A stretch of DNA of 64,000 nt. Source: Macrostomum lignano (Eukaryota). The stretch covers positions 49,890 to 113,889 of the forward strand of contig NIVC01003178.1 of NCBI GenBank assembly GCA_002269645.1, given 5' to 3'. The notes beneath the pieces were generated by a model. It saw only the letters and a list, made by a program, of their open reading frames with translations. It had not been told where the DNA came from and searched no databases. The position numbers were made by a program, and so were the translations under genes. Positions 34,501 to 48,150 of this stretch are shown piece by piece; the first letter of the stretch is position 1; each line of letters begins with the position of its first letter.

Positions 34501-37206
34501 TGGGATCTGGGTGTCAGTGACAATGGGTTGGGATCTGGGTGTCAGTGACAATGGGTTGGGATCTGGGTGTCAGTGAAAATGGGTTGGGATCTGGGTGTCA
34601 GTGACAATGGGTTGGGATCTGGGTGTCAGTGACAATGGGTTGGGATCTGGGTGTCAGTGACAATGGGTTGGGATCTGGGTGTCAGTGACAATGGGTTGGG
34701 ATCTGGGTGTCAGTGACAATGGGTTGGGATCTGGGTGTCAGTGACAATGGGTTGGGATCTGGGTGTCAGTGACAATGGGTTGGGATCTGGGTGTCAGTGA
34801 CAATGGGTTGGGATCTGGGTGTCAGTGACAATGGGTTGGGATCTGGGTGTCAGTGACAATGGGTTGGGATCTGGGTGTCAGTGACAATGGGTTGGGATCT
34901 GGGTGTCAGTGACAATGGGTTGGGATCTGGGTGTCAGTGACAATGGGTTGGGATCTGGGTGTCAGTGACAATGGGTTGGGATCTGGGTGTCAGTGACAAT
35001 GGGTTGGGATCTGGGTGTGAGTGACACTGGGTTGGGATCTGGGTGTCAGTGACAATGGGTTGGGATCTGGGTGTCAGTGACAATGGGTTGGGATCTGGGT
35101 GTCAGTGACAATGGGTTGGGATCTGGGTGTCAGTGACAATGGGTTGGGATCTGGGTGTCAGTGACAATGGGTTGGGATCTGGGTGTCAGTGACAATGGGT
35201 TGGGATCTGGGTGTCAGTGACAATGGGTTGGGATCTGGGTGTCAGTGACAATGGGTTGGGATCTGGGTGTCAGTGACAATGGGTTGGGATCTGGGTGTCA
35301 GTGACAATGGGTTGGGATCTGGGTGTCAGTGACAATGGGTTGGGATCTGGGTGTCAGTGACAATGGGTTGGGATCTGGGTGTCAGTGACAATGGGTTGGG
35401 ATCTGGGTGTCAGTGACAATGGGTTGGGATCTGGGTGTCAGTGACAATGGGTTGGGATCTGGGTGTCAGTGACAATGGGTTGGGATCTGGGTGTCAGTGA
35501 CAATGGGTTGGGATCTGGGTGTCAGTGACAATGGGTTGGGATCTGGGTGTCAGTGACAATGGGTTGGGATCTGGGTGTCAGTGACAATGGGTTGGGATCT
35601 GGGTGTCAGTGACAATGGGTTGGGATCTGGGTGTCAGTGACAATGGGTTGGGATCTGGGTGTCAGTGACAATGGGTTGGGATCTGGGTGTCAGTGACAAT
35701 GGGTTGGGATCTGGGTGTCAGTGACAATGGGTTGGGATCTGGGTGTCAGTGACAATGGGTTGGGATCTGGGTGTGAGTGACACTGGGTTGGGATCTGGGT
35801 GTCAGTGACAATGGGTTGGGATCTGGGTGTCAGTGACAATGGGTTGGGATCTGGGTGTCAGTGACAATGGGTTGGGATCTGGGTGTCAGTGACAATGGGT
35901 TGGGATCTGGGTGTCAGTGACAATGGGTTGGGATCTGGGTGTCAGTGACAATGGGTTGGGATCTGGGTGTCAGTGACAATGGGTTGGGATCTGGGTGTCA
36001 GTGACAATGGGTTAGGATCTGGGTGTCAGTGACAATGGGTTGGGATCTGGGTGTCAGTGACAATGGGTTGGGATCTGGGTGTCAGTGACAATGGGTTGGG
36101 ATCTGGGTGTCAGTGACAATGGGTTGGGATCTGGGTGTCAGTGACAATGGGTTGGGATCTGGGTGTCAGTGACAATGGGTTGGGATCTGGGTGTCAGTGA
36201 CAATGGGTTGGGATCTGGGTGTCAGTGACAATGGGTTGGGATCTGGGTGTCAGTGACAATGGGTTGGGATCTGGGTGTCAGTGACAATGGGTTGGGATCT
36301 GGGTGTCAGTGACAATGGGTTGGGATCTGGGTGTCAGTGACAATGGGTTGGGATCTGGGTGTCAGTGACAATGGGTTGGGATCTGGGTGTCAGTGAAAAT
36401 GGGTTGGGATCTGGGTGTCAGTGACAATGGGTTGGGATCTGGGTGTCAGTGACAATGGGTTGGGATCTGGGTGTCAGTGACAATGGGTTGGGATCTGGGT
36501 GTCAGTGACAATGGGTTGGGATCTGGGTGTCAGTGACAATGGGTTGGGATCTGGGTGTCAGTGACAATGGGTTGGGATCTGGGTGTCAGTGACAATGGGT
36601 TGGGATCTGGGTGTCAGTGACAATGGGTTGGGATCTGGGTGTGAGTGACACTGGGTTGGGATCTGGGTGTGAGTGACACTGGGTTGGGATCTATGTCAGG
36701 GAATTCAACGCACCCAGCGCGGCCAGGAGGCCCCCGCCGGCAAAGTCGGCCAGCAGATTGACTGGCGGCCGGGGCGGCGAGTCGCCATCGGCCAGGCGGG
36801 ACAGCACGCCGGACGCGGCCAGATAGTTGATGTCGTGTCCGGGACGCTGGGCCAGCGGGCCGGACTGTCCGTAGCCGCTGAGCCGGCTGTATACTAGGCG
36901 GGGATTTTTGGCCAGGAGGCGGTCGGGCCCGAAGCCGAGCTTCTCCATGACGCCGGGCCGGAACGGCTCGATGAGGACGTCGGAGGCGGCGCAGAGCCGG
37001 CGAAATGCAGCGCCGCCGCTGGGAGATTTGAGGTCGAGGGCCAGCGACTCCTTGCCGCGGGCCAGCCGGTCGACCGTGAAGGCGGCGTCCGCCCGGTCGA
37101 CGCGGACAACCCGGGCGCCGAGGTCGCGGAGCAGCAGGCCGCAGAAGGGCGCCGGCGCCAGACCGGCCAGTTCAACAACGCGAACGCCTGCCAGAGCTGA
37201 GGGCAT
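31580..37206 (-). CDS. AMACR: Alpha-methylacyl-CoA racemase (CoA-transferase III family); exons 37206-36714, 33090-32721, 31910-31580
   Basis: [83 protein letters not shown]; intron phases are consistent. Confidence 0.95.
31980..32700. repeat. 30-bp minisatellite in an AMACR intron
   Basis: GGGGATTCAGGTGTGGGGATCTGCGAGGGT units. Confidence 0.9.
33200..36690. repeat. 28-bp minisatellite in an AMACR intron
   Basis: (GGGTTGGGATCTGGGTGTCAGTGACAAT)n, about 120 copies. Confidence 0.97.
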
Positions 37207-37319
37207 GGCGGCCGAACTGGCGCAGCTGCGGGGGCGAATTCGGCAAGCTTTGCTGCTGATATAAGCTGGGCTTGGCTAGGAAATTCGGACAAGTATAAGC
37301 CTGGGGCAAGAAAAGGGTG

Positions 37320-38340
37320 CGGCGGCACATCAAAGGAGCCGGAGGCAGTGAGGGAAGGGTGCAGCGGCACATCAAAGGAAACTGAGGTTCATGAGGCAGT
37401 GAGGGAAGGGTGCGGCGGCACAGCAAAGGAACCTGAGGTAGGAAGGGAAGGGTGCGGCGGCACATCAAAGGAGCCGGAGGCAGTGAGGGAAGGGTGCGGC
37501 GGCACATCAAAGGAGCCGGAGGCAGTGAGGGAAGGGTGCAGCGGTACATCAAAGGAACCTGAAGCAGTGAGGGAAGGGTGCGGTGGCACAGCAAAGGAAC
37601 CTGAGGCAGTGAGGGAAGGGTGCAGCGGTACATCAAAGGAACCTGAAGCAGTGAGGGAAGGGTGCGGCGGCACAGCAAAGGAACCTGAGGTAGGAAGGGA
37701 AGGGTGCGGCGGCACATCAAAGGAGCCGGAGGCAGTGAGGGAAGGGTGCAGAGGCACATCAAAGGAACCTGAGGTTTATGAGGCAGTGAGGGAAGGGTGC
37801 GGCGGCACAGCAAAGGAACCTGAAGCAGTGAGGGAAGGGTGCGGCGGCACAGCAAAGGAACCTGAGGTAGGAAGGGAAGGGTGCGGCGGCACATCAATTG
37901 AACCTGAGGTAGGAATGGAAGGGTGCGGCGGCACATCAAAGGAACCTGAAGCAGTGAGGAAAGGGTGCGGCGACACATCAAAGGAACCTGAGGTAGGAAG
38001 GGAAGGGTGCGGCGGCACATCAAAGGAACCTGAGGTAGGAATGGAAGGGTGCGGCGGCACATCAAAGGAACCTGAGGTAGGAATGGAAGGGTGCGGCGGC
38101 ACATCAAAGGAACCCGAGGTAGGAAGGGAAGGGTGCGGCGGCACATCAAAGGAACCTGAAGTAGGAAGGGAAGGGTGCGGCGGCACATCAAAGGAACCTG
38201 AGGTAGGAAGGGAAGGGTGCGGCGGCACATCAAAGGAACCTGAGGTAGGAATGGAAGGGTGCGGCGGCACATCAAAGGAACCTGAGGTAGGAAGGGAAGG
38301 GTGCGGCGGCACATCAAAGAAACCTGAGGAACCTTGGAAA
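37320..38340. repeat. 36-bp minisatellite upstream of AMACR
   Basis: GAAGGGTGCGGCGGCACATCAAAGGAACCTGAGGTAGGAAGG-type units. Confidence 0.92.
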
Positions 38341-38904
38341 GGAACCTGGCATTAACCATAAGAGTTTAAAAACCACAATGAAAGCTACAGAAGAAGTGTG
38401 GTACGTACAACTTAAAACTAAAAAAGTGTTTTGACAATTGCGCATAAGGCTAAAATGTATATTTTGTAGCATTCTGTTTCAAACTTGGCGAGTAATTTAG
38501 TTGGACAAAGTCAGCCAAGTCAGCAGTTTACTGGGCCAGTTATAAGCGGCGGCTGCGTTAAATACACCGTTAGCTCTGTTTGTCGTGTGCAAAATGAATT
38601 AACAATAAAGTAAAATAAAATTTGGTAACCTATTAAATGCAGATACAAATAGAGTTGCGACCATGTGAGAAATAACTACTTATAGTAATTAGTAGACAAT
38701 CAGGCACTGGATTATCTGAGTCAAATAGTTTTTTTACGCAGCAGTGAATGAAGTGGCTGAACTACGCTCGTAGCAATTTTTAGTCTGCGCAAAAAAAGAT
38801 GAGCAAAGCGTGAATGTAAAAACGTAATGTAGACGAAACTACTTACAGTACTATAGTAAGTTTTTGCTATCTATAATTATGACTGACAAGACGTTTCACG
38901 ACTT

Positions 38905-40200
38905 ACACACAGGCTGACGCCAGTTCACACACAGGCTGACGCCAGTTCACACACAGGCTAACGCCAGTTCACACACAGGCTGACGCCAGTTCACACACAG
39001 GCTGACGCCAGTTCACACACAGGCTGACGCCAGTTCACACACAGGCTGACGCCAGTTCACACACAGGCTGACGCCAGTTCACACACAGGCTGACGCCAGT
39101 TCACACACAGGCTGACGCCAGTTCACACACAGGCTGACGCCAGTTCACACACAGGCTGACGCCAGTTCACACACAGGCTGACGCCAGTTCACACACAGGC
39201 TGACGCCAGTTCACACACAGGCTGACGCCAGTTCACACACAGGCTGACGCCAGTTCACACACAGGCTGACGCCAGTTCACACACAGGCTAACGCCAGTTC
39301 ACACACAGGCTGACGCCAGTTCACACACAGGCTGACGCCAGTTCACACACAGGCTAACGCCAGTTCACACACAGGCTGACGCCAGTTCACACACAGGCTG
39401 ACGCCAGTTCACACACAGGCTGACGCCAGTTCACACACAGGCTGACGCCAGTTCACACACAGGCTGACGCCAGTTCACACACAGGCTGACGCCAGTTCAC
39501 ACACAGGCTGACGCCAGTTCACACACAGGCTGACGCCAGTTCACACACAGGCTGACGCCAGTTCACACACAGGCTGACGCCAGTTCACACACAGGCTGAC
39601 GCCAGTTCACACACAGGCTGACGCCAGTTCACACACAGGCTGACGCCAGTTCACACACAGGCTGACGCCAGTTCACACACAGGCTGACGCCAGTTCACAC
39701 ACAGGCTGACGCCAGTTCACACACAGGCTGACGCCAGTTCACACACAGGCCGACGCCAGTTCGCACACAGGCTGACGCCAGTTCGCACACAGGCTGACGC
39801 CAGTTCACACACAGGCTAACGCCAGTTCACACACAGGCTGACGCCAGTTCACACACAGGCTGACGCCAGTTCACACACAGGCTGACGCTAGTTCACACAC
39901 AGGCTAACGCCAGTTCACACACAGGCTGACGCCAGTTCACACACAGGCTAACGCCAGTTCACACACAGGCTGACGCCAGTTCACACACAGGCTGACGCCA
40001 GTTCACACACAGGCTGACGCCAGTTCACACACAGGCTAACGCCAGTTCACACACAGGCTGACGCCAGTTCACACACAGGCTGACGCCAGTTCACACACAG
40101 GCTTGACGCCAGTTTACACACAGGCTGACGCAGGCTCACACACAGGCTGACGCCAGTTCGCACAGGCTGACGCCAGTTCACACACGGACTGACGCCACCT
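38905..40200. repeat. 22-bp minisatellite
   Basis: (ACACACAGGCTGACGCCAGTTC)n. Confidence 0.96.
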
Positions 40201-41816
40201 CACACCCAGCTAATGTCCTCCCGAGTCAGTAGACGCCTCTGACAGGTCCTGGCAGATCTGAGCAGCTCTCGCTTGTCTTCGGCAGCGGCAGCAGCTGAGG
40301 AGGTGCCGCAGGCAACCACAGACTTGGCGCGTCGAGCAGACGTCGGTCGGCGATTCTCCTTAGCGACGGCGACCACCGTCGTTGGAGGAGGCGGCGTCAG
40401 CGAGGCGGGAGAAACGGCGGCGGTGGCGGCTGCAGCCTCGGCAGCTTCCAGACGCGACCGCAGCGACTCAAACTGAGCAATCTGGGCGCTCTTGGCCTGC
40501 GAAAGTAGGAGTAAACGAACGAGATGTCATGATAAAAGTCGCTAAAGAGACTCTGAAACGACTCTAAGGCGATACACGTGACTCTGACGTAACGGTATGA
40601 CAACTCTTGGCGGTAGAGTCGATTTGAGGCGTGCTTGAGTCGCCGAAATGTGTTTTAAGCGCATTTGCGTCGCTAGCACAACGATTCCTAAACGAATCTT
40701 TCGCAACTCTTTTTACGATTCTACAACTCGAGGGACGCGTTGAGTTGTTAACCAGTCACAAGAGTCGCCAGCGAGTTGTTTACAATGACTTCACTTTGTA
40801 GCGATGCTTGTCACGCTAACATTTTCAACGGATAATTAGGCAGTCATGACCCACACGCTGAGCGGTGCTCACAGTGCTCAGGGGTCCGGAACGGGTACCT
40901 TGATCTTCTAATTATAACTCCGCAAAAATTGACGAAGAAGGCATTGCAGCTGTACTGGTAAATGAATAACTACCTGCACTCGCTGGGCCAGGTGCTCCAG
41001 CTTGCGGCACAGCCGGTCCCGCCGCTCCCGCGCTTTCTCGCCCGACTCGCCGCCGCCTGCACCGTCGTTTTCACAGTCGCCGACGTCTCGAATTCGACGG
41101 GCCAGCTCGGCGTATCGTCTGGTCAGCTCGAGCAGCTCCCGGTGCATCTCGTGCAGCAGCTCGCAGGCGCGCAGCCTGTCGCTGGACAGAGTGACGGCGG
41201 CAGCGGCAGATGCGGCGGTGTCTGCGCCAGACGAAGTCGACGCCGTCGATCGAGGCGACGCTTTGCTGCTGGCGCTCTTCGCAATGGGCGCAGCGGCTGG
41301 CTGGGTTTTGAGCAGGCCCAGCACAGTCTGCAGGTTGGCCGGCAGGTTGTGCGAGGTGCCCGGCCGGCCGGCCAGGAAGCCAGGCGGTTTCGGCCGCTGC
41401 GGCTGCGGCCGGCGCCGCCGACTCTGACCGTTGGCATCGCTGTTGGGCTTCGACGCACCATCAGATTTCGATGATAGAATTTCTAGGCGCAGCGCTTCGA
41501 GCTGCTGCTCCAGGCTGCGACAGCGGGCCTCGATGTCGGCCGATTGCCGGCTGAAGACTTCAGCTGGAGGGGGCGGCGGCGGCGGCATGGAAGGAGGCGC
41601 GGCGGGCGGGCTGGTGGTCAGCAGGTGCCGGAACCGGGCGGTCTCGCTGGCCAGCTGGCGCATGTCGGCCTCAGCCGAGTTTCTCTCGCTTTCTAATCGG
41701 CGAATTTTGTCCAATAGGCGGCTTAACGACGAGGCCACGGCCAGCTTGGGGCTGCTGGGGGATGCGTCGGTGTTGGCTCCGCTCCAGGCCGGCGCGACTG
41801 GCGCTCGCGTCGTCAT
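40200..41816 (-). CDS. CEP57: Centrosomal protein CEP57-like; exons 41816-40974 and 40496-40200
   Basis: SLSRLLDKIRRLESERNSAE and EARCRSLEQQLE resemble the CEP57 centrosome-localisation domain; ELLHEMHRELLEL..LEHLAQRVQ|AKSAQI resembles its microtubule-binding domain. Confidence 0.7.
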
Positions 41817-41989
41817 GACTTGCGACGGCAGCTGGTCGGGCTGGGGTGTTGAATGAATCAGTGATACGCAATATAGGGGAAAAAAGAAATTCAAATTAGG
41901 AAATTCCTATCTAGGATTTCAGATTTGGAGGGATCTAAAGTTGGGGATTTCATTTGGGGAGTCCCCAAACTTAAAAAAAAATTTGGGGA

Positions 41990-43115
41990 ATCCCAAGCTC
42001 AAAATACAAATATGGGCAATCCCAAGCTGAGAATTCAAACATGAGGGAATCCCCAGCTGAGGCTTCAGACATGAGGAATCCCCAGCTGAGGCTTTAGACA
42101 TGAGGGAATCCCCAGTTGAGGAATTCAAACATAAGATAATCCCCAGCTGAGGAATTCAAACATAAGATAATCCCCAGCTGAGGAATTCAAACATGAGGGA
42201 ATCCCCAGCTGAGGAATTCAAACATGAGGGAATCCCCAGCTGAGGAATTCAAACATGAGAGAATCCCCAGCTGAGGAATTCAAACATGAGAGAATCCCCA
42301 GCTGAGGAATTCAAAATATGAGGGAATCCCCAGCTGAGGAATTCAAACATGAGGGAATCCCAAACAGGGATTCAAACATGGGGGAATCTCAAACTGAGGC
42401 TTCAAACATGAGGGAATCCCAAACTGAGGAATTCAAACATGAGGGAATCCCAAACCGAGGAATTCAAACATGAGGGAATCCCAAACCGAGGAATTCAAAC
42501 ATGAGGGAATCCCAAACTGAGGAATTCAAACATGAGGGAATCCCAAACTGAGGAATCCAAACATGAGGGAATACCAAACTGAGGAATTCAAACATGAGGG
42601 AATCCCAAACAGGGATTCAAACATGGGGGAATCTCAAACGTAGGAATTCAAACATGAGGGAATCCCAAACCGAGGAATTCAAACATGAGGGAATCCCAAA
42701 CTGAGGAATCCAAACATGAGGGAATACCAAACTGAGGAATTCAAACATGAGGGAATCCCAAACTGAGGAATTCGAACATGGGGGAATCCGCAGCTGAGGA
42801 ATCCAAACATGAGGGAATCCCAAACCGAGGAATTCAAACATGAGGGAATCCCCAGCTGAGGAATTCAAACATGAGAGAATCCCCAGCTAAGGAATTCAAA
42901 CATGAGGGAATCCCCAGTTGAGGAATTCAGACATGAGAGAATCCCAAACTGAGGAATTCAAACATGAGGGAATCCCCAGCTGAGGAATTCAAACATGAGA
43001 GAATCCCAAACTGAGGAATTCAAACATGAGAGAATCCCCAGCTGAGGAATTCAAACATGAGAGAATCCCCAGCTGAGGAATTCAAACATGAGGGAATCCC
43101 CAGCTGAGGAATTCA
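41990..43115. repeat. 31-bp minisatellite
   Basis: (GAGGAATTCAAACATGAGGGAATCCCCAGCT)n. Confidence 0.93.
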
Positions 43116-43769
43116 AACGGGGGACCCCAATCCAATGTTAGAATATACGCGAATCTAATCTGAGCTAATAAAATCACTATGGTACATAAAAAGAGAACAA
43201 AGTCACAGAGACAGACACAATTTTGTTATAAACGAAATTCAAGGACACGTGCACAACAAATTTAGCAGTTTGTTATAAGATTTGCACTCAAGCGGCAAAG
43301 CAAGACCGTATTAGGACATTAATGATGTTGTGAAGGGAGACAGAACAGGCGAACACTCAAACTAATTAGCGGATAAATGCAAGCCCTGTTACCGCTAAAA
43401 GAACGTTGGAAAACTTGAAAACGCTTAACTCAAAACGTCCATCTTTACTTTAATTTTCAATGAATGCCCCTTACACTCAGAGAGATAACCTATCAGACAC
43501 TTATATGTCTAGAATTTCAATGTCGTACTGTTTGATGATGTAGAAAAATACACGGTCATCAGTATTACTATAGAGAAGGGCAGGGGCAATAGCGAACTTC
43601 ATTTATAGTCAGCTAGACATTATTGCACAGTGAAAGATGATGTCAGAAAAAAAATAGTCACAGACAATCTTCCAGTAGAGGTGAAACTGTCAATAAACTA
43701 TCGTAAATCTAAATTAGCGCCAAATAAGTAAGACAGTAAAACAAACCGGTTAGACTAGCTTGAGAAATT

Positions 43770-44655
43770 TTGAGCTCATGAAGTTTCGAGCTCATGAAGT
43801 TTCGAGCTTGTGAAGTTTCGAGCTTGTCAAGTTTCGAGCTTGTGAAGTTTCGAGCTTGTGAAGTTTCGAGCTCATGAAGTTTCGAGCTTGTGAAGTTTCG
43901 AGCTTGTGAAGTTTCGAGCTCATGAAGTTTCGAGCTTGTGAAGTTTCGAGCTTGTCAAGTTTCGAGCTTGCGAAGCTTCGAACTTGTCAAGTTTCGAGCT
44001 TGTGAAGTTTCGAGCTCATGAAGTTTCGAGCTTATGAAGTTTCGAGCTTAGGAATTTTCGAGCTCATGAAGTTTCGAGCTTATGAAGTTTCGAGCTTAGG
44101 AATTTTCGAGCTCATGAAGTTTCGAGCTTATGAAGTTTCGAGCTTGTCAAGTTTCGAGCTTGTCAAGTTTCGAGCTTGTGAAGTTTCGAGCTCATGAAGT
44201 TTCGAGCTTGTGAAGTTTCGAACTTGTCAAGTTTCGAGCTTGTCAAGTTTCGAGCTTGTGAAGTTTCGAGCTCATGAAGTTTCGAGCTTATGAAGTTTCG
44301 AGCTTAGGAATTTTCAAGCTCATGAAGTTCGAGCTTATGAAGTTTCGAGCTCATGAAGTTTCGAGCTTATGAAGTTTCGAGCTTGTCAAGTTTCGAGCTC
44401 ATGAAGTTTCGAGCTTATGAAGTTTCGAGCTTGTCAAGTTTCGAGCTTGTCAAGTTTCGAGCTTGTGAAGCTTCGAGCTTGTGAAGCTTCAAGCTTGTGA
44501 AGCTTCGAGCTTGTGAAGCTTCGAGCTTGTGAAGCTTCGAGCTTGTGAAGCTTCGAGCTCATGAAGTTTCGAACTCATGAAGTTTCGAGCTCATGAAGTT
44601 TCGAGCTTGTGAAGTTTCGAACTTGTGAAGTTTCGAGCTTAGGAATTTTCGAGCT
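43770..44655. repeat. 17-bp minisatellite
   Basis: (TCGAGCTTGTGAAGTTT)n. Confidence 0.93.
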
Positions 44656-45143
44656 ATGAAAAGGCCCCTGTGACGCTGTCTAATTTTGGCGCAAATTTAA
44701 AATTGGCGATAATTTTTCAGTGCTTTGGGGGGGGGGGGAACTGGAAAATTAGTCTCGAAAAATATTGGAACCAGCCTGTTAGCAGGTTCGAGCTGAATAG
44801 ATATCTTAGTATTTTGAATTCAGTAGAAAATATAAGCATAAATGAGAGTAAATTACAGTGTGGATATTTAAAAAAAAATAGGCCGAGCTGATGAAGCAGC
44901 TAAAACCGCTACTCGGTGTGGAAACAAATTCGGGGCCAGCATTTTGGAATCGGGAACAAACTGAATAAGTCGATTGGGGCACAACACAGACATAACGCTG
45001 CTCGATATCTATACTCAAACACAATTGAAGTACTTGATGCTCTTTTAGACGCCACAAATTCTGCAGTCCTCCATTGATTAAATTAATATCTAGAATTGCT
45101 AGCTTGATGCCAGCTCATAGTAAATACACTACTATTAGTACTG

Positions 45144-47423
45144 TCACTGGGCCTGCTGCAGAGGTGCCGCAGTTGTAGCCGCCGACGACGAAGAAGTCGA
45201 AGGATGATTTGTGGAAGATGGCGGAGGCGGAGGTGGCGGCGGCGGCTGCGCCATTGCGCCCTGCGGAGCGGCAGCCGCGCCAGCGGTGATTGGCTGGCGG
45301 CATTCCCGACAGCGGTGCTGCTGCGCCTGCGGCTCGGTGGCCGGCAGCTCCATGTCCGAGCCGGCATCGGACTCGGACAGGTTGCGGGTCAGCCGGTCCC
45401 GCTTGTCCGACTCCGTCTGAAGGCGCCGCTTCAGTCTGGTGTTCTCCTGCACCAGGCAGCGCTCCTCCTGCTCCAGCTTGCTCATCTTGAGCTGGTGCTC
45501 AGCCTGGCTCTGGTCCAACTGCTGGCGAAGGTTCTCCAGGTCCGACTTCAGCTGGTTGATGTGGCTGGCCATGGCTTCGGGATCCGTGAGGCTGCACTCC
45601 ACCTGCGGGAGCGTTAGAAGAAACAGTGTAATCACCGATCTCTACATGACTATCACCAATCTCCACATGCCTGTCACTAATCTCTACATGCCTGTCACCA
45701 ATCTCTACCTGCCTATCACCAATCTCTCTACTACTCCGTGGGTAACCTGCTCACCTGCATATCAGAGGTGCTAGACGATTGGCGACTTCGCCTTGACGTT
45801 TCGGGACCCTCCCCGCTGGAGGTGGCAGCGGCGACAGCAGCAGCGGCGAGACTGCCTTCAAGCCGACGCTGGAGACTCTTTTTCTCCGCCTCGAGTTTCT
45901 CCATCCGCTTCCACAACCGGTTCACCAGCGATTCCTGGCGTTCGGGATTGATGTCAAAACATTTAAGCTCAAGTCTGCACTGGGCTGTCACCCCCAGGTA
46001 TGTCAAAGCCAGGCAACACACGGCAGCAACATAGCGTCTCACCTGCTCTTGCTCCAGCGCGTTCTCAAGTGACACCTTCTCCTGGCGAAGCTGGTCCAGC
46101 GAGGCCTGCTTAGCGCACACGTCATTCTCCAATTTTTCAATCCGTTTGAGCAGCTTGTTCACCTGGGCCTCCTGTTCGCGTTCTAGCTCCATCTCGAGGT
46201 CCACCTTTTCCTGCGTTGAACAATTGATGTTTAAAGTTTTTTCTATAATAGAACCGATATGTATCGATAATATATAATACTCAGCCAAATTCTAAGGACA
46301 TAACAATCGTGTTTTGATCTATGAATAGTTTATTTGATGGGAGCTATGAGCTAGCTAATTAGCGCAAACCTGCTTAAGCCGGAATAGACGCCTGGTGAGA
46401 TCGTTAGTGAGATGCTCCTCCTCCTGCTCGTAGCTCTGGGCCAGGCGCTCCTTCTCTTTCTGAAGATTCTGAATCTTCTTCAGCATTGTGTTGGTAATGT
46501 ACTCCTCTTCCTGCTCGGCCTTGGCATGAATGCTCACGCTATTCCGGCGCAGTTCCAGGTTCTCCTGCTGTAAAGCTTTCACGCGCAGCTTCAAAGTTTC
46601 AACCTCCATGCGTAGGACGCGCTTCTCCTGTGGAATGAATTGAGGCGGCAATGTACAGGGGTAGATAGAAGTCGCTGTTTAGAAGGCTGGGTAGAGGTGG
46701 TGAAGTGGTGAAGTGGTGGAGTAGAGATGGCTTCCTAAAGACAACTTGGAGGGGTGGCTCACTAAAGTACAGTGGATGTGGTGACTCACTAAAGTACAAC
46801 GGATTGGGTATAGGTGGCTCAATAAAGTACAACGGATGGGTAGGGGTGGCTCACTAAAGTACAGTGGGTGGGTAGGGGTGGCTCACTAAAGTACAGTGGA
46901 TGGGTGGGGTAGGGGTGATTCACTAAAGTACAACGGACAAGTGGGGTAGGGGTGATTCCCTAAAGTACAGTGGATGGGTGGGGTAGGGGTGATTCACTAA
47001 AGTACAACGGATGGGTGGGGTAGGGGTGATTCACTAAAGTACAGTGGATGGGTAGGGGTGGCTCATTAAAGTACAGTGGATGGGTAGGGGTGGCTCACTA
47101 AAGTACAGTGAATGGGGTAGGGGTGGCTCACTAAAGTACAACGGATAAGATAGGGGTGGCTCACTAAAGTACAACGGATGAAACAGGGGTGGCTCACTAA
47201 AGTACAACGGATGAAATAGGGTTGGCTCACTAAAGTACAGTGAATGGGGTAGGGGTGGCTCACTAAAGTACAGCGGGTTAGACAGGGGAGATTGCCCTGG
47301 CACTACCTGCAGCAGAGAGTCAATACGCCGCCGCAGTGACTCCATGCCCATGCCGGCAGACACTGAGCCATCAACTGACGAAGCATCAGACTCGGACGCG
47401 CTGTCGCACTGCATTGATGACAT
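45144..47423 (-). CDS. CCDC6: Coiled-coil domain-containing protein 6; exons 47423-47307, 46627-46370, 46210-46043, 45934-45755, 45602-45144
   Basis: [49 protein letters not shown]|[18 protein letters not shown]; all introns phase 0 GT-AG. Confidence 0.93.
46740..47280. repeat. ~36-bp minisatellite in a CCDC6 intron
   Basis: GGGTAGGGGTGGCTCACTAAAGTACAGTGGAT-type units. Confidence 0.9.
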
Positions 47424-47669
47424 TTTTGGCTAAATAATCTGTTGCTAGGCAAGAGCTGAAGTTGGATTTCATGACAAATTCGTTAAAAATTTGGTCAAAA
47501 AACTTAATGAAAATGTTTTCATAGGTTTTTGTTGCTTTGATAGAGACACATATTATTTGTCTAAGTTGCAATGAATCTATTCTCCTTAGGTTGAAATTCT
47601 TTTTATTCCATAGACTCAGCTTGGATAGAATGAGAATGAGAATGAGAAATGAGAATCAAACTACTTCTT

Positions 47670-48150
47670 GATAAGGGAACTGCTGAGGCTTACTGGGGGA
47701 AGTGCTGAGATGTCAAGGCTTACTGGGGAACTGCTGAGAGGTCAAGGCTTACTGGGGGATACTGAGATGTAAGGCTTCTTGGGGGAATTGCTGGGATGTC
47801 AAGGCTTACTGGGGGAATTGCTGGGATGTCAAGGCTTACTTACTGAGGGAATTGCTGGGATGTCAAGGCTTACTGGGGGAATTGCTGGGATGTCAAGGCT
47901 TACTGGGGGAATTGCTGGGATGTCAAGGCTTACTGGGGTAATAGCTGGGATGTCAAGGCTTACTGGAGGAATTGCTGGGATGTCAAGGCTTACTGGGGGA
48001 ATGGGGGAACTGCTGAGATGTCAAGGCTTCCTGGGGGAATGGGGGAACTGCTGAGATATCAAGGCTTACTGGAGGAATTGCTGAGATGTCAAGGCTTACT
48101 GGAGGAATGGCTGGGAATGGCCAAGTCTTATGGGGGAATTGCTAAGATGT
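47670..48150. repeat. 30-bp minisatellite
   Basis: GGGGGAATTGCTGGGATGTCAAGGCTTACT units. Confidence 0.9.

Noticed and set aside
37172-38359. 395-aa and 335-aa repeat ORFs upstream of AMACR
   Set aside because: They are translations of a 36-bp tandem repeat.
33200-40200. CRISPR-like arrays (28-bp and 22-bp repeats)
   Set aside because: The repeats are head-to-tail without unique spacers, there are no cas genes, and the context is eukaryotic.
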